This document shows positions 11,301 through 27,100 of a stretch of 64,000 nt of DNA, one piece after another. The notes beneath the pieces were generated by a model, which saw nothing but the letters and a program-made list of their open reading frames with translations, ran no database searches and was not told the DNA's origin. The position numbers and the translations under genes were made by a program. Position 1 is the first letter of the stretch; every line of letters begins with the position of its first letter. Origin of the DNA: Raillietiella orientalis. Lineage: Eukaryota. The stretch lies in the NCBI GenBank assembly GCA_036172245.1, contig JAYWIR010000009.1:4588001-4652000 (forward strand), read 5' to 3'.

Positions 11301-14081
11301 CTCGCCCTAACGACTAAGACATCTGCTGTGGGAAAAGATTTTCAACACGTTCTTTTCAACAGCACAATTTAAAATCAACACTGGTGCAATGCAAAGTTTC
11401 TGCAGAGAGACTAGTAGATTCCGGTCACATTTCTGAGAATGTTAGGGATGCTGCTGCACGTTACGATGTGTGGGAGGTCATCAAAGATTGTCACTTGATA
11501 AGAATTGTCTGATTTATTATTCACAGATCCTTTCCCTAAATAACGTTTGCATTGCAGCATTTTTGTGATTTGGAAGAACAACTTAAAAGTCAGATGTTAT
11601 GGTATCTGAAATCATCGCTTGCTGCATTCTACTGCTGCCTCGAGAGTTCTTCTTAACTGCCAACTGTTTTAGCGAAGAGAAGGAATTCAACGGTGTTTGA
11701 TCTTCCGAATGACCATTCTTACCTTCGATGAGTTTTGCTTTTTCCCCTCCTTGATTCAGCTCCAGCAGTGCCGGATGGACGAAAAAAAAAACCTTGGATG
11801 CTGCTTGGTACTTTCTGAGGACGATCCATCTGGAAAACTCCTGCTTGACATGGAATGAATCATCGTGTACCTCAGAATTGGTTACTAATGCAAAATATGC
11901 TCCGAGGTTATTAATCACTTTTGCCCACTGTTCGTGTTTATTATGTCATCTCCAAACTTGCGATTTTGGAAAACACGGATGAAACAATCTTTCCATCTAA
12001 CGGACGGACAGACACATCGTAACTTAGTTTTGAGGAAAACAACCAAAAGTGGTACATGTTGCTGGAACACTATTTATTCTCATTTCCCTTTCATATTTTC
12101 CTGCAAAGGGAGACTTCCACAAACACTTTCCATCAAGGATGTAGAATTTCCCGTTAAAAATAGATAAGCGAGCAAGATGTATTCCTTATGAAATGTAGAA
12201 TATCGAGAAGAACCCAATAAAGGAAATCCGGTGGTCATAATACTCCACGTGGGCAGTTGTCCCAAACACGGAGGTTTGCGTTCATTGCATCAGTGATGAC
12301 GGCAGCCAAGAAAGTAATGATCTGCGTTTTTTGTTAGCAAGATGCCCACGTGATCTATCCGTGCACGGAAGCCAACGTTTCGAAGACAAGAGAACAAATA
12401 CCTGCGGTAAGATGAAACCATCGTAAGCCATATCAATAAATACTCATCCCAGCTGCTGTAATCGAAATTACAGCACGCGCCCTACGCCGCATTAATTTTG
12501 AAACACGACAAACTGATAGCAATAAATAGGTACTCGAGCTGAGAAAGATCACTCGCAAAGATGCTCGATCCTGAATCACTGTTCAATCACTGTTGCGATG
12601 CCATCGGGGTGGGATGGGGGGGGGGAGGGGGGGAGTTGGCATTCTATGCCACTTTTTTTCTTTTTCTTTTTGTCGAATCCCTTCTTTTCTTTTGAAGAGA
12701 ATGCGTGAAGAGCTTGGCGGGTCGTACTGCCACAGCGCCGTACTCATCTGCCGAGCCGTGGGGCAGGACTTGAGGTGAACAGGGCCGGGTCGTCGGAGGC
12801 AGTAGCTGGGTAGGTGTGGGCAGGGCAGCAGGACAGGGTCTGTTTTGGGGAGCCCCACGGTCCGGGTATCTTTAAGCGAAGTGCATGCATTGCTAGCATC
12901 CCGAAAATACTCTTCCCGTGATCGGAAACCGGCCGTTTAGGGAATTTTATTTAAGACCACCCAAATAAGACCCACCACCTGCTATGAATTAGTGGTTTTG
13001 TCTTCCTTTTTTTCATGCTGCAAAACTGAGGTTTATTTTGAGTTCCTTTCCCTCAATGTTTCTAAACAGCCGTCTCCAACGAATTGGATATATGAAGGTA
13101 TATGAAAGTACCACTATTCAGTTTTAGTGATTTCACAATCGAATGGAGGCGGAAGGATTTCCTAACGAATAATGTAAAATAGGGAATGAAAGTGGTGGAA
13201 ATCAGCACGAGAGCACTTTTGATTCTCACCGGAGAATTGGGCTGTGCATCCAGAAATAAGCGACCAATCCATAAGGGATAAGTGGGCAGTAAGAGTAGTA
13301 AGATTGGTAAGAGAGATAACCGGCAATTCCTGATGGGAATCGAGGATCTCTCGAAATGCACGGAGCCGAAGGAAGGGGACGGCTCCAGGGTTTTCCTTGA
13401 AGAGCACACCGGATTGCATATGCCTTGCCCGCCCCAGTCCGTTCCCACGTGCTTCCGCCGCCGCCGTGGTTTTCACACCTCGTGCACGTAGAAGGCTCGT
13501 TCCAGCCGCCGTGGCTATGCTTTCACGTCATTTCGACCGTGCCGTGCTTCACCTACGAATTTAGGAGACGGAAACACGCGGAGGGGCAGCGAACGCAAAG
13601 CCCCCCCCCCATCCCTCTTTAGAGGGGATGTTCCTAAGCCCTTTTGTCACGGACGACGAAGCCTTTCCCCAAACCCCCAAAAGCATGCCGGAGGCCCCCC
13701 CATCCGGCCGCAGCGGGTGCGTTCGCCGCCCCGTCGCTCCCGATGGTGCACGGGAGGGAGAGTTTATGGGAACGACCCGGTTGGGGCCCACGTAGGAAGA
13801 GAAAGGGGGGGGGGCGAGGGGGCCGCCTTTGCGCGGCCACCGAGAACCACGTCAGCACGCGACGCCGACAACGCTATCTTTGTTGAACAAACAAACGAAC
13901 AGTTTTTGTTAAGGCATTCGGAAATTCTAAACTGCTTGGCGATTTGGAAAAAAACAGTTTGGCGGAAATGTCTTTCGATAATGGTACCAATCACAAATGT
14001 TTTGACTGAAATGGTTTGAAAAAACAAACAAACAAACAAACAAACAAAACAAAACAAAGCAAAAAAAAAAAAAGATGTAAG

Positions 14082-17284
<3,203 letters not shown>

Positions 17285-20200
17285 AGATCCCTCCAAAACA
17301 CCGGACTCGGACCCATATATTCAAGGAAAGAAACAGAAACAGGAAGCAATCCGTACAGGAAAAGAAAAATTCATCAGCCTTCTCAGAAAATCTTTACTTT
17401 CTGGAAAGTGAGACGAGAGGCAGGGCGCGAACTTTAAATCGACTGAATAAAAATATGTATTTGTTTCTATCCGCAACTTGTCAACATTCCTGCCGTGCAA
17501 CATCCCCTTCGACAACACGGTTGTACACAATCCTCCAGAAAATGATTTGTGGTAGTTTGTAAGTCGTTTGCCTGTCGAGAGCTGTCCCCAGCCCCCATAG
17601 GGTCAAGTTCCAAATTCGCGTATTCTCGAAGAGAATCTTTCTCCCTTTCCTCCATCCATTCATCTCTTCGACTGACGACGAAAAGATGAGCACACTAAAC
17701 AAACGGAAGGAGTCTTCGGCAGGAAGCGTGCGGGGCACATTTGCGAGACTTTGCGGAAGACGTTCCTCCGGGAAGTCCCCATTGAGACACCCACCTGGAA
17801 GTTGCAACTGAAGACGTCCGATGTTTCGGCTGTTTTGTTTTGAAATTCGTAGGTTCCTCAGTTCACAGGGTAGCGAATAGGGGGGCAGCAAGTGAACGAA
17901 GCGTGAATTTCATGGGCTCGTTAAAATTGTCGCTTCGCGGCAAACCTCAGCGTTTCCAGACTGCATCAATGTCCACTGTCCTTCCCTAACGAAGAAACAC
18001 CTCTCCTCCCAAAAGTGGATGTGGGTTGTAATCAACGGATTCCTTTTTATTATTCTCAAACGGATCTAATTTATCCGGTATCCTTCATCCGAAAACCTAA
18101 AGCTTCCAATCCCCTTCAATCCCCCGCCACGTGATGAACTTGGAAACTCATTTGAAACGAATATCTTCCTCACAGTGATAACGACGAAGGAAATCTGAGA
18201 TGATGCGATAAATTCACATCTGCTTCAGCAGCACCTGAGAAATCTCCATGCTGAGTGTCGCTGTTGGCACGCTGCGTTTGCTGCGATGGTGCTTTCGAAA
18301 GACATCACTTTTGCAGCTGCCCCCAAAGTTGTGCTCACTTCTTTCCTCTTCGTGGAGATCTTCCGCAAACAAGGCGCTTGTGTGGATCACAGCAATGAAG
18401 AACACGTTTGTTTGTTCTGGTAATCCTGATGCATTACTTTTGTGACAGAAGCCAAGCGACCGTGTGTGATAAGAATGCTGGATCTGGGAAATGGCTCTCA
18501 AATCCAGCGTGCCATTCCTTACCCAGTGCTCCTTACCCTCTTGCCAGATAAGAAGCTGACCGAATCGTCGACACATGAATCCCTTCTCCTTCTTTCCAAA
18601 TCTCAGGACCTTGTTGGATCTTTGATTTACCCTAATAAAGGCAATGTTCTTTGTTCCTTTTGAACTGCCATCTATTTTTTCCATGGGAGCTCTTGGTCTT
18701 TTAGAGAAACACGGGATGAAACGCAAGTCTGCTTCACTTTCAGAACAGCGATGTCACTTCGACGTCACTTCCTCGTGCGTGTTTCCTTGAGGAGACCCTC
18801 GCAGCTACACGCGAGTCTCCAATGTTTGATCCGAGAATGCAACAGATTCCAGTACATGAGCAAAGCTACCCAACAATTTTACTTTCCATATAAAATGAAA
18901 TCTTCTCCGTTGGAAAGACACCTTCCTGGCAATGAGATTTTCGTTTTCGAATCCTCGTAAGAAGGCAGGGGAAGAACGTCCCCATGGGTGAGAGACTTGG
19001 TTTCGTATGTTGCTGATGTCTTGAAGCATCGAGCCTTTCGGTTTCAAAATCATCACCAAGAATCTCCAAGCAGTTGCATACGTGGAAGATGAGTGGACTT
19101 CAGCGTGTATCAGCATCTGTTTAAGGATCAGATCGAATGCCAGGTAACTTTGTTAAAACGGGTGCACACCTAAACACTGAATGGTTTAGAATGTGTGTTT
19201 CTCCTTCTCTATTTTTTTGTTTTTTTTAAATTTAACTTTGCATATCGTAAAAATGCAACAACTTCACGAAATGCCATCACCAAATCGATGTCGGGCATAT
19301 GCTTGCGCTATGTTTCAAAAACCCATCCCAATTTTTGGAAATCTATGGACATGAACCTCCTCCCTGTAAACGCCAGATAGTTTGGTGGAGGAGCATCTGA
19401 ATTGCTTTATTTCCGAGCTCCAGAGACTTAGGAAGCCCAGTTTCTCAAGGATGGTCCAGTAACTGGGGACCGCTGAGAAAGGAAAGCAAACTGCATCAAA
19501 AAGCCCCCTTTTTGGGGGGAGAAGACGGGCATTTGCCAAGTTTTGCCCCATGCATTTGTAATTACAATCCGTACCAAAATTCCGAATGGAAACGTCGAAT
19601 TCAAGTTCTATAAATTTATGCACTTGTCGAGAGAAGGAGTTTCGTCTTAAAAAGTAAATGAATGGGTGTTTCACCGTCAGTGTATTTTTGAAAATAAAAT
19701 CTGGGATGTTTGTGCACATGAATTACTTTTTTCTTATGTATAGAAATGTGTAAAAGCACATGAGGAACGGGTGAAAACGAATACATTAGCAAGGAAATGC
19801 ATTAGAAATGATTTTACATCCACACTCTCTTGTACGACCTCTTACTGTTTTGCTGTCCTTTATTCGTTTACAGCCGAGGAAAGTATTATTCGAAATATCT
19901 GTGTGTTTGGTACGAAGCTTTTCGTGTTTCCTGTATTGAAAGACAGCCATTCTGCGCCGGAAATCGTCCTCGATATGTTCCTTGTATGGCTGCCAGGGAA
20001 CATGCAGTGTCTCCGTGACAAAGACACGAAGGGTAGATAGGTAGGTAAGTGGGTCCCTGAAAGAAAAAAGGGTCATGCCAGTCATGGAGATCTAGATACT
20101 CTTCGCGAGGAGGAGTTATTCAGTGCGTGCATACTCGATGCAGTCACCTTTGATGACAGAAACTTTTGACATGAGCAACCCTTGATGGAGGCAGCATCTC

Positions 20201-21046
20201 GAGTTTTCTGTCATCCGATAAGAGAAACTTTTTGCAGCCGCGTTAAAGATGGGGGGAAAACAAGAGAAGCTCATTAACTGATTCATTGAAATTCGTCCCG
20301 AGGAGCGTTATTGTAAATGCTTTCAAGCATTCGCATTCGCCAGCTAAAGGAATCGAGCTGAATTTACCGATCGGCTGTTTCACTGACGAAGATGACGGAC
20401 CCATCGCAACGCGATGCCATTCCGTGTGACAAGAGAGAGAGAGAACGTAGTAAGTGACCCTGGGATTACGGGCTGGGCGGAAGGAGAAGACGGATGAAAA
20501 TCGTGCTCATGATCCGGGTACCCCCACGAGCGTGCAGAAGAAAATGGAGATGAGAGGGGCAACCGTGTTCCAGAACTCTAAAATCGGCAGAGCCGTTGAC
20601 CACTCATTCAAGTTCGCTGTGTCTGCCTCCCTGTTCGTGAGGTTCTTCCCTCCTGAGATGAGGAGTACGGGAAGAAGTTTGAATAAATTTTGTATCCTAT
20701 CATCATCATTCACCATACCCCATCATCATCTTTACTCTTTGTAATGTTACTAAAGTTGCTCATGTTGCTGCTGTTCAACAATTTGGTTTCTTTCATTTCA
20801 TTATCCAAAATGATGTTTTTTTTCTTTATTTCGACTACCCATCTCGATACAATCAGCAACATCCTATGAATTTTTTTCAATTTCGATCCCAGCAGAGGTG
20901 AATCGAGTGCGCACTGTATTACTTTTGGCTAGCAGTTAGTCGCCAAGGATTTATTGAGAATTTCGAATTCCTGATGCAAACGAAGGTCATCTTCATTTTT
21001 CCGTTGTTTACCGGAGGCATGCATCTGTATCGGCCTTATCAAGGGC

Positions 21047-21161
21047 TGCGTATTCGCTGTCATGGATACCACGGTTCCTCAACCCGACCATGCTTGCAGC
21101 TAAGGAAGACTGATAGCCAGTGCTTCATGCACTGCCACCGAGTCATTTATTTGGGTGCCGT
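21047..21161. repeat. Short dispersed repeat, copy 1
   Basis: tgcgtattcgctgtcatggataccacggttcctcaacccgaccatg... is near-identical to the sequence from 22478; ends in the motif agtcatttatttgggtgccgt. Confidence 0.9.
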
Positions 21162-22477
21162 TCTTTGTCAAGGCTTGCTTAGTTTATGAAATGGAATTCT
21201 TTCGTGGAAGATAACGAGGATTCGAAAGAAGAAGAAGGGGAAAAAAATGCTTTGCTGATGAAAAGATTTTAAAATGTGATGGAAGTGTTCGTGGAGAATG
21301 CATGCAGCTTATCGGCGGCTAAGCTTTTTTTCTTCTAAATTTCCAGACCAAAAAAGAAAAAAAAAAAGAGAAGAATGAGTAGAAAGAGCTTCATATTTAG
21401 GTAGCTTTAGCATTTTATTTAAATCTTTACAAAGCTACACTGATAATCATTAACTTCATCAGTGTTCCAACCTAAGGATTAAACGATACGTAACAAATAT
21501 TCAAAGATTGCTATAGCAGTTGAATATCAATCACTTCCTTTTATTGGGCATTTAAATCTTCAAGAATTCTTGAGGAACATTATTGTTCGACAAAGCCGCA
21601 AACAGTCCTGGTTGCACCACGTTTACCTGAAAAAAGATACAGTCCATTAGCTTTTTTCCCAGATGGTTGTTCATTAAACCAGCGTCTTTAGTTCGAGAAG
21701 TTCATTTTGAAGGTGGATTTTTTCCGCGTTCCAGTAACGGTCAAACACGCGCGTGCAATAAAATTAGGAGTGAAAAACTCGCGAATCGCGGGAGAAGGCA
21801 GCAGCGGTTAGGCCTACGTGCAATCACGGTGCACTGAATGATGTGACTGACGACAGGCTTTGCGAATAGGCGAGAAAAGTTCCCTCCGTTCTTCCCATGG
21901 GAACTGAGGGAAGAAACCTCCTAAGAGATGTGTTCGGAACTGTTTGGAAGAAACCCCACGATCCAAAAACTGTCAAGTCGAAGCAAACACGCCAAGGACT
22001 GACGAAGAACCTCCAGAACACGTGAGAGAAAACTGCCGACACGAAGAATTCGAGCGCTTCAATGGTAACTCAAAGTATCCCTTTCCTGATTATCTTTAGG
22101 GTGACACGTAGGATGATCTCGATTCTCATGTAAGAAATTTCGTGAAATTGCATTTCATGTGGTGATATGGAGAACTGCGTTCGCTTGTATGTATTTTTCC
22201 TTCGGCTTAAAAATTCAGTAGTGGGCTTTCGCAATTACTCGAAGTGTCACCTATCCCATCAAAACTTATAGAAGTGCGAACGTGACTTTTAGAATGCCGG
22301 AAAAACGAACACTTCCTGCGCGATCCCTGCATATCGGTGCGATGGTTCTCAAAATGGCGCATCATGAAAAATCATATACATGTCCCTGTACATACAGGTA
22401 TGTACGTGCTGGGACATGAGTACGCCTCTCTCCGTAAACGCTACACTACGGTGAATGAACGCTACACTTGGAAAGGA

Positions 22478-22593
22478 TGCGTATTCGCTGTCATGGATAC
22501 CACGGTTCCTCAACCCGACCATGTTTGCAGCTAAGGGAGACTGACAGCCAGAGTCATTTATTTGGGTGCTTCACGGCACCCAAATAAATGACT
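22478..22593. repeat. Short dispersed repeat, copy 2, ending in a perfect 18-bp hairpin
   Basis: Matches copy 1 with a few substitutions and a ~19-nt internal deletion. Arms 22552-22569 and 22576-22593 are exact reverse complements around the loop ttcacg. Confidence 0.9.
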
Positions 22594-24000
22594 AGGTATT
22601 TGAATTTAAACCCCTTTCTTCTGGGTGGGGGGCATTTTCCAGAAGGCCGATCTAGCAGACTCCTACTAGGAGAGAAAAGACGAAGACCAGAGACAAAAGA
22701 CGTCTGAGATTCGTCAGTACTGCCGGAAGCAGAATATGTACCAAGGAAATCTACTGAAACGCGCACAGTTTCGAAAACAGGCGACGTTTAGTGATCTTAG
22801 GTTTGGTGTCGCAGTGGTGGAAGAAATGAAATGATGCACTCTCGAGACACTTCGAAATCAATAGAGAACGAGAAGTCTAAATTATGTTGCCCCTCCAGAA
22901 GACAAAAAGAGAGAGAGAGAGAGAGAGGGAAAGAGATGGTGGTGGTGGTGGATTAAGGTTGCACAAAAACGAAAAGCAGCATCTAGATCTGCGAGAATTG
23001 ATGCCTCCTGAAAGTTCATGACCACTGTCAGCTCCCTCCCCCCCCCAAAAAAAACGGTTTCATAGAAGGAACTCATCGATTCCATCATTAAAGAAGAAGA
23101 AGAAAAATGCAACCTTCGATGCTAAAGAGGCAGGCTGGATTTAGGCAAACGTTCTCTTGTAAAAACATGCACCGCAATGTTCATGGTACTACAAGAAATG
23201 CACATCAGCAGGTGAAAATTCGTGAATGTGGACGTCTCAGCTACGACGACGAAGACTACGCAAGAGGAGCGTGGGTCTTGGAGCTGTGCGACGAGAATTT
23301 CGATAGTGGGTTGCGAGAACTGACGACTTATCATCTTAGAAGGTTCTCCTTCGCTGTGGAGATGCAAAACGTTCCAGAGAAGCTGCCTTCTGTTCTCAGT
23401 TCTTGCAGGAAAATCCATGGATTCTTTTTTTTTTTTTTTTTTCATACTAACCTTAACGTCTTGGATGGAAGTGCTCAGAGATTTTCAAATCGCAAGCGGA
23501 TGCCTGCCGGAGGCTGCTCGATGGTTTTTATTGGAAAAGTCTGGTTCAGAAAAGAACGCTTCCGTCACAAGCCTTCCCCAAAGCCTGTGGACTATGTGGT
23601 TGCCTGATGCAATCACTTGCAAATCAAAAGGCCAAGAAGAAAAAGGTCGACGGTTGCTTTTGGCGTTGGCGAAGGTCAGCGCGAGAACGGAAAACAAATC
23701 AGAAGCAAAGAATTCGCCGTCGCTTTGTTTGGACACACACTCATACATGTACACTAGGCGCCTGCCTGCAAGAGCGAAGACGCCCATTTCCGACAAGTGT
23801 GATGAGAGTCGGGAGAAGAACCAGCGCAGCAGCAAGTGCTACAGAATTCGGTGTCGTTCAGCACGTTCCGTGTACGTGGAAGAGCGGAATCGACCTCGTG
23901 GAGGATGCGAAAGGAACGTGCGTTGCTAGAGGAAAGTCACAGACACGAAGAGTTTGCCAGAGGTCTACGATATGTCGAAAAGAAAATGACGAAGTGAGCA

Positions 24001-24195
24001 CGATGCTGCGTCTTTAATCCCCTGCTGATCCCTAACACGATCCCTTGTTGCTTGGGAATGTTCCCAACTTGATGTTCTGCAGATATTTTACAGAAATCGT
24101 TGATAGAAAAAAAAAAAAAGAAAAAAGAACAACTACGTAACGAGGAACTCCTTTGCTGCTCCCTGCTCCGATGCTGCGTCTTTAATCCCCTGCTG
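24001..24195. repeat. 27-bp exact direct repeat pair (24001-24027 and 24169-24195)
   Basis: cgatgctgcgtctttaatcccctgctg occurs twice, with an A-rich tract between the copies. Confidence 0.9.
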
Positions 24196-27100
24196 CTCTC
24201 TGAAATCAGAACAGGAGAAAGCCACCTTTGCACTTTCCTGAAACCGAAGCAGGCAACTCGCGTGCAAGAGTTCACCACAGGAGGGGTGCAAAAGAATTCG
24301 CTGAGGACTCGGTTGGCTACTCGGAAGGTTTGCGAAAATCTGCAGCTCAGCCATTCCGGTGAACTTTACTCTTCTTGCATCAGCTCTACCTTGCTTCGTG
24401 AGAGAGACAAGATGCCCCATTTTTTGGGGCATTTGCACTTGAGGAACGAATCGTAATCTCGGCGATAAAATCCAGCGCGAAAAGCAGCGGGCCCGACGGG
24501 GAGATCGCTGAAACACTGGTCCTCGAAACTGGATGAATCGGAAGAAAAAGGGATTTTCGACTCGTTTTCCCTCCTTAACATCATTCCGGAGCTATTCAGT
24601 ACAGAAACAAACAAACCACAAAGAGAGTGCGCAAGATCTGAACTAGAGGTGCTCTCGCTCAGCGGCGTGGACCACTTAAAAAAGTTAAAGTGTTTTCCTT
24701 CCGGTGCTGAGCACCGCTGCATTTCTTGCATTCCCGTCGAGCAGACTGCTCTAATCGCATCATCATGAGGGGATTACTGCAAACAACCGTCGGGAACAGA
24801 AAATCAGATTTACGGCATGCTTGTCTGGATCTAATGATAATGCATTCCTTCCGCCTGCTTCCAATGAGCTCAGACACGGTGGTGGGCCGTGCCTTAGGTT
24901 GTAAGTTGGTGCGCTCTTCCACTGTGATGTATCACGCTGTTCCCTCCTCATCTAGTTCGACCTGAATCATGAACTGTTCCGGCTGCATGTGTTTTTCCAT
25001 GCACTTTGTGATATCACTTTTCTCCGTTTCGAACACACGCCAAACACATAAATAAATTGATTTTATTTTTTTCTAAAAAGAAGATGCAATATCGAAAAAT
25101 CAGGTGCAGCAACAAGTTGATAAAGCAAGCAGCAAAGAAACTTTTTCACGTGCAGACTGTTGTTATGCATCCCTGCACTACACAACAGCAGTCCTAAAGA
25201 GAAGTCCCGCACTGAAATTCGAGACAAATCTTCGGGTTTCCACAAAGAAGCCCGGAGCACTCTTACATCGGATGTTCCGATCACCAGCTCGCTCGGCAAT
25301 CATCTCGTTCAGACGGACACGGAAATTGTATTCTTTTGTTGTCAAAAAACACGCTCAAAAACGAATATTTGAGACACCTTCAAATTCGTGCACGATCTCA
25401 CCCCCCCCCCCCCCCCACACACACACACACACACAGACACACAAAATCGAGTTTCTCGGGAGATATTTTATTCCAGAAAAAACCACGAAGGAGCGAGCGC
25501 GCCTTCGTTCGTTTCTTTGAGGTCCGAAGAAACTGTGGCTAAGGCGAGTTTCGTGTTTGGACCGACTTCAAACACGAAAGCGCGGGCCTCCCACCCTGCG
25601 CCACCCCGTGACGATTTCGCGTGTCGCACCCGGACGAGCCGGTCCCACCCGGTCCCCCACCAACGGCAACACATGGAAAGAAAGGAACACACGCGACCGA
25701 TCCCGAAACGTGCACGGCGGATGTTGCACAAAACACGTCGTCGAGCAAACTCAAAGAGTGTTGGCAAAAGCTGTACTCACGTTTAATTCCGGCCGCTTTT
25801 CCCGTAGCGTTCAGCCTGCATGGATGAAATGGCCGAAACTGTTCCAAAGAGCAGCTTCGCTCTCACGTTGACCGTGTTGCAGCCTTGATTTTTCTCGTAA
25901 TCGGTGGAAGAGTGACCATTCGTGAATGAAGACTGGCCAGCAGAAGTGTTAGAGGAACTGAATATATCTGGTCTTCTCGAAGACATCGCTTACTTTACTA
26001 ACAAAATCGACAAACTCAGTCGCTGCATCGGACGTCTGGTTGCATGCTCTGAAGGGATAATGGGCTTTATTTATTCACATGCTGTGTGAGAATCTCATTC
26101 GAAGCCGTGCCACTCGATGATTTGACTCGGATGCTGTGTTCCTTGAACACTGAAGCAGTGAAGTGTTAGTCGGCTTCTCTAGCTGAAGAAATAGATGTTT
26201 GGCTGACGTCATTTTTTTTAAAAGATGATCACGAATTCATTTCTCGTTCCACTTTTCGATCTTACCTCATTTTTTAAGCTCCTCACATGGATGCTGCACA
26301 AAAGTGGAGTTTCGTGACAAAGTCTTGTTGAGGAGCCGACCGAGTGAGGTCAGAATGTAAAAACACTGTCGAATGCAGACAAATTGAACCGATGCTTTCG
26401 GTTACAACTATTTGCTATTCAGTCTGCTCAGAGGGGTCAATATGTTAAGGGCTGAAACAAAGAACAATTATAGAAGGTCGCGAATGACTCTGGGCTATGG
26501 ACAAAGAATGAAAGAACGCGAGCCAGTTCATACTTCCGGAAATTAGAGCGTAATTTTATTCTGTCACCTGGCAAACCAGATTATTAGTAGTAATTCATCA
26601 GTGGGATTTACTCGGGTTCTGTTATAATGTTCGTCGTGAACCATTTAACACATGAACAAAAGGCAGCAATCGAAGGGAGAGAGAAGCCAGATCGCTGCTA
26701 CATGAATCTTTAATCTTAATGCAGGCTGCGTTTTTCTTCTCTCTCTCTCTCTCTCTCTCTTCAGGGAAACGAAACTTAAAACAAAGCAGGCACTTTTTTT
26801 CATTTTTCCCCTTGCAGTGAACTGCTGATCACAACTGGCGTGTGGCATCCCCATTTCCATGTTCCGGTAGAAGAATTTTGTTTTAAAAAAGTCAGAAGCG
26901 CTGCTCCGATTTCAAGTAGCCATTTTTTATTTTTGCATCCGTGAAGGATAGCGCGGAGAAGTGCCCGCGAGTTCGGATGAAAAATGCACAGACTGTTGGA
27001 AATTTAGGGGAGGATCCCATCTTCCTCGATGAAGGTTTCCTGCATTCCCGGATTGGATGCGACCGCACGTTCACCTCCCCCCCTCCACCCAACTCTCTCT

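Noticed and set aside
18214..20716. ORFs of 100-170 aa on the minus strand as a multi-exon gene
   Set aside because: No recognisable domain, and I could not build a consistent splice chain; an orphan gene cannot be excluded.
22552..22597. Hairpin followed by CTAG as a Helitron 3' end
   Set aside because: CTAG overlaps the stem instead of lying ~10 nt downstream, and it is not followed by T.
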